Assembly (NCBI GenBank): GCA_963662465.1
Contig: OY759599.1
Coordinates: 7,264,001-7,328,000, forward strand
Direction: 5' to 3'
DNA: 64,000 bases
From: Desulfatiglandales bacterium
Lineage (GTDB): Bacteria; Desulfobacterota; DSM-4660; Desulfatiglandales; Desulfatiglandaceae
Shown here piece after piece: positions 47,347-57,695 of the stretch. Position numbers and translations under genes: made by a program. Within the stretch, counting starts at the first letter, position 1. The number at the start of each line of letters is the position of its first letter. The notes beneath the pieces are model-generated. The model did not search any database. It saw only the letters and a program-made list of their open reading frames with translations, and was not told the DNA's origin.

Positions 47347-50300
47347 CTAAATCTGGTTGATCATGGCCATAATCTGTGCTTCCCCAAATCCCTTCAGGTT
47401 TAATGCGCCGGACCTGCAGGATGCTACGCAGAGGCCGCATCCCTTGCATAGGATAGGGTTGATCTCGGCTTTGCCCGCAAATCGTCCTTCTTCGAGGAAA
47501 GACGGGGCTGAATAGGGGCAAATGTCCGCACAGACCCCACAACCACTGCAAAACAGAGGATTGACCTGGGCAATGGCGCCGCTGACCTGGATTTTTTGCC
47601 GGGCCAACAGGGTGATGGCCCGGGAGGCTGCGGACTGGGCTTGCGCTACGGACTCATCAATGGGTTTGGGATAGTGGGCCATGCCGCATAGGAAAACACC
47701 ATCCGTGGCAAATTCAGAGGGCCCCAGTTTGGCATGAGCCTCCACAAAAAAACCGTCTTCATTCATGGGCACCTTAAAAAACTGGGCCAGTTGTTCATCC
47801 CTGTAGGGCACAATGGCCGTGGCCAGGGAAACCAGGTCAGGCTTGATCAAGACAGGCCGATTCAGGATGAAATCCATCGTCCTGACTTCAAGCCCATCGG
47901 GTCCGACGGCGATTTGGGGTTTTCGGTCCAGGGAGTATCGGATGAAAATGACCCCGGCGCGGCGGGCGTCCCGGTACAGGTATTCCCGTTCCCCATAGGT
48001 CCGAATATCCCGGTAGAGGACATAGATATTCATGGCGGGGTTGATCTTTTTCAGATGAAGTGCACTTTCAATGGTATGGGTGCAACAGACCCGGGAACAA
48101 TAGGGCCGCCCTGGTTCGCGGCTTCCCACGCACTGAATGAACAGGGCGGTATTGATTTTCTCAAGATCAGGATCCTGGTTGATGAGTTTTTGATCCAAGT
48201 CCAGGTGGGTCAATACTCTGGGGTCCTGACCGTACAGATATTCATCGGGCTTGTATTCTTCCGCGCCGGTGGCAAGTACCGCCACGCCGTGGTCAAAAAC
48301 CGTTTCTTTGCCGTCGGCTTGAAGGGTGGTTGTGAAATTGCCCACAAACCCTTCCACGTTTTTAAGGGTGGTTCCCAGGTGCAGGTGAATATGGTTGTCT
48401 GAACGTACCGATTCAATGAGGGTCGCCAGGTTTTGTTGAATCGACTCATTCTGCCAGGTTTGGTAAAGGCCGCGGGCCTGTCCCCCCAGTCGGTCCGAAC
48501 GTTCCACCAGAAAGACTTCGTAACCCTGTGCGGAAAGGCTGCGGGCGCAAGCCATCCCCGAAATTCCGCCGCCCACCACCATCGCTTTCTGGTCCACATC
48601 CACTTCAATTTCCTGAAGGGGTTCCAGGAGTGCCACCTTGGCCACTGCCATGCGCACCAGATCCTTGGCCTTTTCCGTGGCCATGGCCGGATTGTTTTTG
48701 TGTACCCACGAGTCCTGATTGCGGATGTTGGTCATTTCAAACAGGTATTTGTTCAAGCCCGCATTCACCAGTGTTTCCTGAAAAAGGGGCTCATGGGTCT
48801 TGGGGGTACAGGCCGCCACCACGATACGGTTGAGACGGTTTTCCTTGATGACCTGGGTGATGGCATCCTGGGTGTCCTGGGAGCAGGTGTAGAGGTTGTC
48901 GGCTACATATTCTACAAAGGGCAGGGAGGCGGCGTAATCCCTTACGCCGGGAACATCCACCACGCCGCCGATGTTGATGCCGCACTGGCAAACGAAAACC
49001 CCGACGCGGGGGCGTTGACCCGTGATGTTCTGTTCTTCGGGTGTTTGCCGGGTTCTGGTCAGGGTGTTCCTTGCCGTGCTCATGACGGCGCCGGCTTCCG
49101 CAGCTGCCGCGCCGGCTTCGATGACGGACTGGGGAATGTCTTTGGGACCGGTAAAAACACCGCAACTGAAAATTCCTTTTCTGCTGGCGGCCACCGGGTG
49201 AAAAGAACTGGTTTGGCAGAAATGACCCAGGGTCATGTCGATGCCTATCCGCTCAGCCAGATTGATGGCGTCCGGGTCGGTTTCAAATCCCACGGACAGC
49301 ACCACCAGATCAAAGTTTTCGGTAGTTGCATTTCCCTCTTCATCAGCGTATTGAATCGACACCTGGTTGTTTTCGTTAACGGAATCCAGTGTATGTACTC
49401 GCGATCGGATGAAGCGGACGCCGTGCTTTTCCTCGGCATCTTCATAGTATCGCTCAAAGTCTTTGCCGTGTGTGCGCATGTCCATGAAGAAAATGGCGCA
49501 ATCCAGTGCCTGGGTTGCATGCTCCTTGGCAATAACGGCTTCCTTAATGGCGTACATGCAGCAGGCCGCGGAGCAGTATCCGTTGCCGCATTGATTGACG
49601 TCCCGGCTTCCGATACACTGAAGCCATGCAATTTTTTGGGGCGCCTGATGGTCGGAGAGTCGGACCAGATGTCCCAGGGTGGGCCCCGAGGCGGATAGAA
49701 TTCTCTCAAATTCCATTGATGTAATGACGTTGGGGTGCGTCGAATAGTTGTAGCTTTTGAGCCGACTGGGATCAAAGGGGCGATATCCCGGGGATAGAAT
49801 AATGGCGCCCACTTCCAGCTCAAGCTTCTCGGGCATCTGGGAATGGGTAGCCAAGGTGACGGCGTCAGCGCCGCATGCTTCAACGCATTGAAAACACTCA
49901 CAGCAATAGCCGCAATTAAGACAGCGATCGGCTTCTTCCTTCCCCGCTTTTTCCCCAAGGCCCAGTTCTACTTCCTCGAAGTTGCTTTTTCTCCGGTTCA
50001 AATCGAGTTCGGGCATCCTGGCCCGGGCCATGGCAATGGTATTTTCGGGAATGGGACGATGGACCGGGTGTTCGTTGACCATGGGGGTTCGGTTTTCAGC
50101 CATGTCTTCTTTGTTGAGGTAGCGAACCATGGATTCGGCCGCTTCACGACCCGCCGCAATGGCGCCGATGGCGATCCAGGGACCGGTCTGGAGATCGCCG
50201 CCGGCAAAAACGCCTTTTCTTCCGGTTTCGTAGGTCACCGGGTCCACTTCAACGGTGCCCCATCGGGTGAATTTAAGACCTTCGACGTCTTTCAGGGTGG

Positions 50301-51783
50301 AAAGGTCGGGGCGTTGTCCGATGGCCGGGATGAGTTGATCGATATCCATATCAAAATCACTGCCCGGAATGGGGACGGGCCGTCGCCTGCCCGATGCATC
50401 GGGTTCGCCCAGTTCCATGCGGATGCAGCGCAGCCCGGCCAGTCGGCCATTCTCCACCAAGGCAGCCTGTGGTGCGCAAAGGTAGGTCAGCGATACCCCT
50501 TCGGCCTCCGCCGCCTGGATTTCTTCTTCCCAGGCCGGCATTTCAGCCCGGGTTCGGCGATATAGAATCGTGACGGACTCGGCCCCCAGCCTGATGGCTG
50601 CGCGGGATACGTCAATGGCCACATTGCCGCCCCCCACAATGGCCACTCGTTTGCCCACCGGTGCTGTCCCTTCAAGGTTTACTTCTCTAAGAAAATCAAC
50701 GCCCTGTCGAATGCCATCCGTCTCTTCTCCGGTAATGCCGAGGCCAATGCCCTTGTGGGCGCCGAGGGCCAGGTAAACCGCTTTGTAGCCTTTATTGAGA
50801 AGGTCGTCCACGCACAGGTCCGGCCCCAGGGGCGTATGGGTTTTGATTTCCACTCCCAGGCGGGTAATGATTTCGATCTCTCGATCCAGGATGTTTGGAG
50901 GCAGGCGATGGTCGGGAATGCCCACCCGCAGCATGCCGCCGGGTTTGGGCAGGGCTTCAAAAATAGTGGATAAAACGCCGTTTCGGGCCAGGTGATAGGC
51001 AGCGGAGAGCCCGGCGGGACCGGCGCCGATAATGGCTACTTTTTCTTCCCTCGGGGGGAGGCAGGGGATCTCTATGGTTCTGGGATCCACCTGGTCGGCG
51101 GCGAGTCTTTTGAGGTCCCGAATGGCGACGGGTTCATCCACCTGTGCTCTTCTGCAGGCATCTTCGCAACCATGGGGACAGATGCGGCCCAGGACGCCGG
51201 GCAGGGGTAGATCCGCCATAATAATCTTGAGGGCTTCCTCATATTTGCCCTGACCCACCATCTGCACATAACCCTGCACATTCAATCCGGCCGGGCAGGC
51301 CAACCGGCAGGGCGCCTTATCCGTCTTCTGGATGGAAAAGCTGCCCGGAATGGCCTGTGCGTATTTTTTAAAGGTGGCTTTTCGTGCAACCAGACCCTGA
51401 TCATATTCGCTGGGCAGGGAAACGGGGCAGGCCTCGGCGCAATCACCGCAGGCCGTACATTTATTGGGGTCAATATAGCGCGGGGTTTTTTGAATGGTAA
51501 CCTTGAAATTTCCCGTGGAACCCGTAACCTCTTCCACCGTCGCGCAGGTGATCAGGTTGATGTTCAGATGCCGGCCGACCTCGACCAGTTTAGGGGAAAT
51601 GATTCACATGGCGCAGTCATTGGTGGGAAAGGTCTTATCCAGTTCACTCATGACCCCGCCGATGGCCGAGGATTTTTCCACTAAATGAACAAGGTATCCC
51701 GAATCGGCCAGGTCAAGAGCCGACTGCATTCCCGCAATGCCGCCTCCGACGACCAATGCGGAACCGATGGTTTTATTGGGCAT
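47347..51783 (-). CDS. hdrA: HdrL-type multidomain HdrA/NAD(P)H oxidoreductase selenoprotein (UGA at 51604-51606), ~1478 aa
   Basis: [27 protein letters not shown] is in frame with ORF 47347..51537; GltD/NfnB-like insert ([20 protein letters not shown]); two HdrA modules (QC.GSR). Confidence 0.9.
51571..51588 (-). promoter_or_regulatory. SECIS element of hdrL
   Basis: CTGGTCG-AGGT-CGGCCGG hairpin (with G-U pairs) 15 nt after the UGA. Confidence 0.75.
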
Positions 51784-52187
51784 GAAAGGTTCCTCCGATG
51801 CGCTTTTAACAGGGTTGTTAGACCGCAAATTCATACCTTCGAGAACCGTTACGCGCAAAAATCCTGCGTACGCCGTTAAAACGACGGTTTATGACGTGCT
51901 ACCTGTTTAACGTCTTTATTTTTATATTCTTTTAGTGCCGAAACAGTTTCGAAAAATATGCCGAACAAATCAAATTCGATATTCTATCATGCGCTTGACG
52001 AAAGTATCTTTCCCACTATTTCCAGGATCTGTCAATAAAAAATTTTCTGGTTTTTTGCCGTTTCGGGTTGTGTAATCGTTAATGGCCGCCGGTTTTTCCC
52101 TGGGATCTTGAACCTGATATGAAGGGATGCTACACTCGTACAATTTTTATTTGTTTTCGTCGGTTTTTAACGAAAGGAACCTATAAT

Positions 52188-53402
52188 ATGGTATCAACCA
52201 TTCGGGAGAAGGCTCTGGCGGAGCGTACCCGAGAGTTGGCAACGGTATTGAACGGGATTCAGGATTTTATTCTGGTGATGACCCCGGATCGAAAAATCGT
52301 GGACGTTAATGAGGCGTTTCTGGAAAAGATGGGGTATACCCGGGACGAGATCCTGGGAAGAACTTGCCATGAGGTGTTTTTGGATATGGCATCCCCCTGT
52401 GAACCCGGGGACAGCGTCTGCCCCCTGAATGAGGCGATTCAACATCGGAAAAGTACGCAACAGGTCATGATCCGGCTGGATCACCAGGGCAATCGGCGTT
52501 ATATTGAAGTCTCCATTTACCCCATATGGGAAACCAACGGCGAAATTGTGAGATTTATTGAAATCAGCCGGGATATTACCAAGCGAAAAATGCAGGAAGA
52601 AGAAATGACCCAACGCCTGGAGCAGATGGTGGCGGAACGTACCCGGGAGTTGGAAGAGACCCATGTGAAACTGCTCCATCAGGATAAAATGGCGTCGCTC
52701 GGGAAACTTTCCGCATCGGTGGTTCATGAAATCAACAACCCCATTGCCGGGATTTTGAACCTCCTCATGCTCATGAAAAGAATTATCCGCGAAGATGGGG
52801 TGGATGACCGGAGCGTTTTGAAATTCCGGAGGTATGTGGAACTGATGGAGACCGAGACCCGCCGTGTGGGTCGAATCGTTTCCAACCTCCTGCTTTTTTC
52901 GAGGCAATCCAGGGCTGCCAAGACCCCGGTGAATTTGAATCCCATTATTGAGCGGGCCCTTGCGTTGAATGCCAATCTTCTGGAAGTCCGCCATATTCGG
53001 GTGAAATCCGATCTGGATGCGCATTTGCCCCGGGTGTATGGATCCGAAGATCAGCTTCAACAGGTGTTCATGAACCTGATTTCCAATGCGGTTGAGGCTA
53101 TGGAGGGACTTCAGAAGGGAATCCTGAGTTTGAAGACCGAATATTTGTCTGAAGCGGATGTTGTTCAAGCGAGTGTTGAGGATAGCGGGACCGGTATTTC
53201 AAGTGAAAACCTGGACCGGATCTTTGATCCCTTTTTTACGACGAAAAAGCGGGGCAAGGGTGTCGGTCTGGGACTGTCCATTGTATATGGGATTATTGAA
53301 GAGCAGGGCGGCGACATCCAGGCGACATCGCAGGAGGGCAGGGGCGCTGTTTTTAAGGTGCGGTTCCCCGTATATGGGGAAAGCGAAAAAGATAACGTTT
53401 AA
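52188..53402 (+). CDS. PAS-domain sensor histidine kinase
   Basis: PAS domain; HEINNP, QVFMNLISNA, DSGTG and PFFTTK..GVGLGL motifs. Confidence 0.92.
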   Translation: MVSTIREKALAERTRELATVLNGIQDFILVMTPDRKIVDVNEAFLEKMGYTRDEILGRTCHEVFLDMASPCEPGDSVCPLNEAIQHRKSTQQVMIRLDHQGNRRYIEVSIYPIWETNGEIVRFIEISRDITKRKMQEEEMTQRLEQMVAERTRELEETHVKLLHQDKMASLGKLSASVVHEINNPIAGILNLLMLMKRIIREDGVDDRSVLKFRRYVELMETETRRVGRIVSNLLLFSRQSRAAKTPVNLNPIIERALALNANLLEVRHIRVKSDLDAHLPRVYGSEDQLQQVFMNLISNAVEAMEGLQKGILSLKTEYLSEADVVQASVEDSGTGISSENLDRIFDPFFTTKKRGKGVGLGLSIVYGIIEEQGGDIQATSQEGRGAVFKVRFPVYGESEKDNV

Positions 53403-53416
53403 GCCCGGGGTTTAAT

Positions 53417-54766
53417 ATGTCAAAGGCGAAGATTCTGATTGTTGATGATGAACTGATCATGCGGGAGTCTCTGGGCGAGTGGCTGGAAAGGGATGGCTAC
53501 TGGGTGATGAAGGCCGACAGCGGTGAAAGGGCCGTTGAAATGGTGCAAAAAACCATGTTTGATGTTCTTCTGGTGGACATGAAAATGGAGAAAATGAGCG
53601 GCCTTGAGGTGTTGCAGCATGTTAAACGTCATGATCCTGAAGTGGCTGTGGTGATTATTACGGCATACGGCTCCATTTCCGGCGCCGTCGACGCCATGAA
53701 ACATGGTGCATGGGATTATCTTTTGAAGCCTTTTGATCCCGCTGAGTTGGGAATGCTCATTCAAAAAATCCTGCGACACCAGGCCCAGAACCGGGAAAAT
53801 CAGTTTTTGAAGGCCCAGGACCGGGACAGAACACGGTTTGAAAGCCTTATCGGCCAAACTTCCGCCATGCAGGCGGTTTTCAATTTGATAGAGGACGTGG
53901 CCCGGGCCCAGTCCACGGTTTTGATTAACGGGGAGACCGGTACGGGAAAGGGACTGGCCGCCAAGGCGATCCATGCCAAAAGTTCCCGCGCCAAAGGCCC
54001 TTTTGCCGTGGTCAATTGCGGCGCATTTCCCGAACGTCTTCTGGAAAGTGAACTCTTCGGGTTTCAAAAAGGGGCTTTTACCGATGCCAAAACCACCAAG
54101 AAGGGACGACTGGAACTGGCCCACGGGGGAACCCTGTTTCTGGATGAAATCGGTGAAATCAGTCCGAGAATGCAGGTGGACTTGTTGCGTGTTCTGGAAG
54201 ACCGGGTGTTCTACCGCCTTGGCGGTACTCAGCCCATTGAGGCGGATTTTAGAATCATTGCCGCCACCAATCGGGATCTGGAAAAGGCCATCCGTGAAAA
54301 GGCTTTCCGGGAAGATTTCTATTATCGCCTCAATGTGATCTCTTTTTCCATGCCCCCCCTGCGGGACCGAAAGGCGGATCTTCCACTCCTTTCCCTGCAT
54401 TTTCTGAAGCGATTCGCACGGGAAACCAACGGGGTCATGGCGCACATCAGCCGAAGGGCCATGGCGGTGATGATGCGTTACGACTGGCCCGGAAATGTTC
54501 GGGAACTGGAAAATGCCATTGAGCGGGCGGTGGTGGTGGGTAAAGGCAAGCGCATGATGCCTGAAGATCTTCCCATGTTCCGCTCCGAACATATGTTGTC
54601 CGCTGAAAATCTTTCCCTTAAGGAAGTGGAAAGAGAACACATCAAACGGATTTTAGCGGTTCACGACTGGAATATTTCTAAAACCGCAGCAACACTCTGT
54701 ATTGATCGTTCAACCCTTTATACCAAGATTCGTCGCTATCGGCTGGAGAGGTCGGGTGATGTGTAG
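53417..54766 (+). CDS. sigma54-dependent response regulator (NtrC/AtoC family)
   Basis: Receiver domain; GETGTGK, GAFTDA and WPGNVREL motifs; Fis-type HTH. Confidence 0.95.
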   Translation: MSKAKILIVDDELIMRESLGEWLERDGYWVMKADSGERAVEMVQKTMFDVLLVDMKMEKMSGLEVLQHVKRHDPEVAVVIITAYGSISGAVDAMKHGAWDYLLKPFDPAELGMLIQKILRHQAQNRENQFLKAQDRDRTRFESLIGQTSAMQAVFNLIEDVARAQSTVLINGETGTGKGLAAKAIHAKSSRAKGPFAVVNCGAFPERLLESELFGFQKGAFTDAKTTKKGRLELAHGGTLFLDEIGEISPRMQVDLLRVLEDRVFYRLGGTQPIEADFRIIAATNRDLEKAIREKAFREDFYYRLNVISFSMPPLRDRKADLPLLSLHFLKRFARETNGVMAHISRRAMAVMMRYDWPGNVRELENAIERAVVVGKGKRMMPEDLPMFRSEHMLSAENLSLKEVEREHIKRILAVHDWNISKTAATLCIDRSTLYTKIRRYRLERSGDV

Positions 54767-54792
54767 TCGGGCGGACACGCAGGTCCGCCCGA
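54767..54792. repeat. GC-rich hairpin (REP-like or terminator)
   Basis: TCGGGCGGAC-N6-GTCCGCCCGA right after the stop codon. Confidence 0.55.
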
Positions 54793-55449
54793 TTCGTCAA
54801 CAGAGTTTTTGCGTCTCCGCCGGTTTGTCCGGTTTGACCATCCAGATTTGTCCTCTCAATACCGTTCCGATGGCGGTGTTTTTTATCAAATCGGCACATT
54901 TTCCTCTCCGGTATATGGATCCGTAACCGATGTTGGTTCTTTTGGTTTCATGGGTGATTATCGGCATATTCAAATAACTCCTTTTTGATTGTTTTGGGTT
55001 AATGGCGTATTTTTTATTGTAAATCCTGAATTTTACAACTACTCAGCAAAAACGGCGCCAAATTTCCATGATGCTCAGCCAAAACAAGACAATTGGCTGA
55101 AAATTAAAAATAAAAAAAATCTTTATCCCTGTTTGTTATTGGGTAGTCGGGATTTTCATGTTGTATTTTTCAACAGTGCCGTCTTGTCTCACAAGCGACA
55201 CTTCGTAATCCGAGGCGCGGCACCCTGATGATAAGCGAAAATTTATTCGTTGTAGGAAAATGCAACGCTTCGTCTGATTTTCCTACACTTTCGGGTTGCG
55301 TTTATTGAGGAGCGAATCGACACGAACAGGGTTGACACTTGAATCTCATTTCTTTATCCTCCCACTGGTTCGATTGCGATATACGCCATATATTTTTTTC
55401 CACTTTGCGCTTTAGTTTTTCGGTTTAGCGCTTGTATCGAGGTCCACCC

Positions 55450-56790
55450 ATGGAAATTGACGATCTGAGTTTGGAAATAGAGAAATTGGGCGAATGCCGC
55501 GTGCCATCGCCTTTAGGTGTGGGGCAGTTCGTGGACGATGAGGATCGCGTGTTGTATAGCGGTACCCGGAAAGAGGCAGAGGCGTATATTCGAGCCGGAA
55601 AGGCCTTGCCGAGTTTCGAGATGGCCGGGCCGAGGGAAAAAATTTACTTTGACCCGTCAAAACTCAAGTGCGGGATTGTGACCTGCGGCGGCATCTGTCC
55701 CGGTCTGAACGATGTGATTCGGGCCATCGTGCTGAGTCTTCACTACCATTATAAGGTCAACACGGTTTTCGGATTTCGCTACGGGTACGAGGGTATTTCG
55801 CCCAAATATCGGCATGCCCCCATTGAATTAGATCCGAGTGTTGTAGCGGATATCCATCAAAAAGGGGGGACGATTCTCGGTTCATCCCGAGGTCCTCAGG
55901 ATGTGGCTGAAATGGTGGATACACTGGAGCGTATGAACGTAAGGCTCCTTTTTACCATTGGCGGCGACGGCACCCTGCGGGGGGCCCAGGCCATTTCCGA
56001 GGAGATCGGCCGGCGTAACCTCAAGATCGCTGTGGTGGGCATTCCCAAAACCATTGATAACGATATCTCCCATATGGACGAGTCTTTTGGGTTTCAGACA
56101 GCGGTTTCCATGGCCAGGCCCTCCATTTATGCGGCCCACGTGGAGGCGAAGGGGGCGAGAAACGGCGTGGGTCTGGTAAAATTGATGGGCCGGGAATCCG
56201 GGTTTATCGCGGCTTACGCGGCGCTTGCCACCAGTGATGTCAATTTTTGCCTGGTGCCGGAGGTGCCGTTCAGCCTTGAGCGTTTTCTCCCCGTCCTGAA
56301 AGCGAAACTGGAAAAGACCAGCCATGCGGTGATTGTGGCGGCTGAAGGCGCGGGTCAGGATTTGCTGGGAAAGGGGCGGGAATGCGATGCTTCCGGGAAC
56401 CCCCGGTTCGGCGATATCGGCATTTTCCTGCGCGACGAAATCAAGGCCTATTTCAAGCGGGAAGGGGTCGAAATTCAGCTGAAATATATCGATCCCAGCT
56501 ATATTATCCGCAGCGTTCCCGCAAACCCCAAGGATTCCGTTTTCTGTTTGCTGCTGGGGCATAATGCCGTGCATGCGGGCATGGCGGGCCGAACCAATAT
56601 GGTGGTGGGTTACTGGGACTCTGAATACACACACGTGCCGATTCCCCTGGCAGTTTCAAGGCGTAAGAGAATCGAGCCCGGCGGCAGGCTTTGGAGCAGC
56701 GTGCTGGAATCTACCGGGCAGCCCAAGGATTTGGCGGAGCCCGGCGGAAAGGGTGAAAATGTGTGTTCAACCCCCTCGGAAAACCCATGA
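55450..56790 (+). CDS. pfk: 6-phosphofructokinase (group X type, probably ATP-dependent)
   Basis: TCGGICPGLN, GGDG, PKTIDND, MGR and IDPSY.IRS motifs. Confidence 0.9.
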   Translation: MEIDDLSLEIEKLGECRVPSPLGVGQFVDDEDRVLYSGTRKEAEAYIRAGKALPSFEMAGPREKIYFDPSKLKCGIVTCGGICPGLNDVIRAIVLSLHYHYKVNTVFGFRYGYEGISPKYRHAPIELDPSVVADIHQKGGTILGSSRGPQDVAEMVDTLERMNVRLLFTIGGDGTLRGAQAISEEIGRRNLKIAVVGIPKTIDNDISHMDESFGFQTAVSMARPSIYAAHVEAKGARNGVGLVKLMGRESGFIAAYAALATSDVNFCLVPEVPFSLERFLPVLKAKLEKTSHAVIVAAEGAGQDLLGKGRECDASGNPRFGDIGIFLRDEIKAYFKREGVEIQLKYIDPSYIIRSVPANPKDSVFCLLLGHNAVHAGMAGRTNMVVGYWDSEYTHVPIPLAVSRRKRIEPGGRLWSSVLESTGQPKDLAEPGGKGENVCSTPSENP

Positions 56791-56925
56791 GGGGCGCTGC
56801 TTCTGGGAAATATAAATTATTCCGTATTAACAGTTACTTGGTCCTTTTGATCCTCTGACCATTAAGCGGATGGAAGCCGTTCCCGCAATTTTTTTGATAA
56901 TCTTGAAACAATTGATCATTTTTTC

Positions 56926-56976
56926 TTGACACCTCAATGAAATTGGATATAAATGTGCTTGTTCCAAAATGCACAA
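56926..56976 (+). promoter_or_regulatory. aprBA promoter with a Rex-like box
   Basis: TTGACA-N16-TATAAA; TTGTTCC-AAAA-TGCACAA at 56959-56976. Confidence 0.4.
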
Positions 56977-57240
56977 AGTATTTTCAAGAACGAAGTTTAA
57001 GTGCGCGGCGCCGATTTTGCGAAATGACAACGCCATCGGGAAGCGCCGGGCAAGGGGTGAATTTGAGAGGCATGGACAACGATTTTTGGTTGGAGATGAT
57101 AGGAATTGTCTCAGCCGACGTCTGTTTGAACCTTATTACAGAGAAAGGAGGTGTAAGCGTAACGCTTTTTCGGATCAATCGTTTTTTTTGATCGTATCAT
57201 CGTTTACCGTTTTTAAATTGTTGAATCAGGAGGTATACTA

Positions 57241-57675
57241 ATGCCAAGTTTCGTAATTGCAGAAAAATGCGATGGTTGTAAAGGGCAGGACAAGACCGCG
57301 TGTATGTATATTTGCCCCAACGACCTCATGGTGCTGGATAAAGAAAAGATGAAGGCATATAACCGTGATCCTTCCATGTGCTGGGAATGCCAGTGCTGCG
57401 TCAAGATTTGCCCGCAGCAGGCCATGGATGTTCGTGGTTACGCCGATTTTATTCCCTTGGGCGCAAGCTGTACGCCGCTTCGCGGTTCCGAGGATATTAT
57501 GTGGACCGTCAAGTTTCGCGACGGCAGCTTGAAGAGATTTAAATTCCCCATCCGGACAACTGAAGAAGGTTCCGCGGATCCATTGGGCGGTTTTGCAACC
57601 AATGACGATCTGAACAACGAAGCCTTGGCAACCGAGCCTGCATCCCTGGGTCTCGATGCAGTTCCCACATTCTAG
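57241..57675 (+). CDS. aprB: Adenylylsulfate reductase beta subunit
   Basis: CDGCK..DKTACMYICPNDLM, CWEC.CCVKICPQ and RGYADF motifs. Confidence 0.97.
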   Translation: MPSFVIAEKCDGCKGQDKTACMYICPNDLMVLDKEKMKAYNRDPSMCWECQCCVKICPQQAMDVRGYADFIPLGASCTPLRGSEDIMWTVKFRDGSLKRFKFPIRTTEEGSADPLGGFATNDDLNNEALATEPASLGLDAVPTF

Positions 57676-57695
57676 AGAGAGGAGGTAACTTAGAT

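Noticed and set aside
48433..49698. 421-aa plus-strand ORF
   Set aside because: Antisense shadow of hdrL.
52194..54640. Long minus-strand ORFs (324 and 406 aa)
   Set aside because: Antisense shadows of the kinase and regulator.
55450..56790. PPi-dependent PFK recycling PPi from sulfate activation
   Set aside because: The GGDG (not GGDD) motif points to ATP use, and sat is not adjacent.
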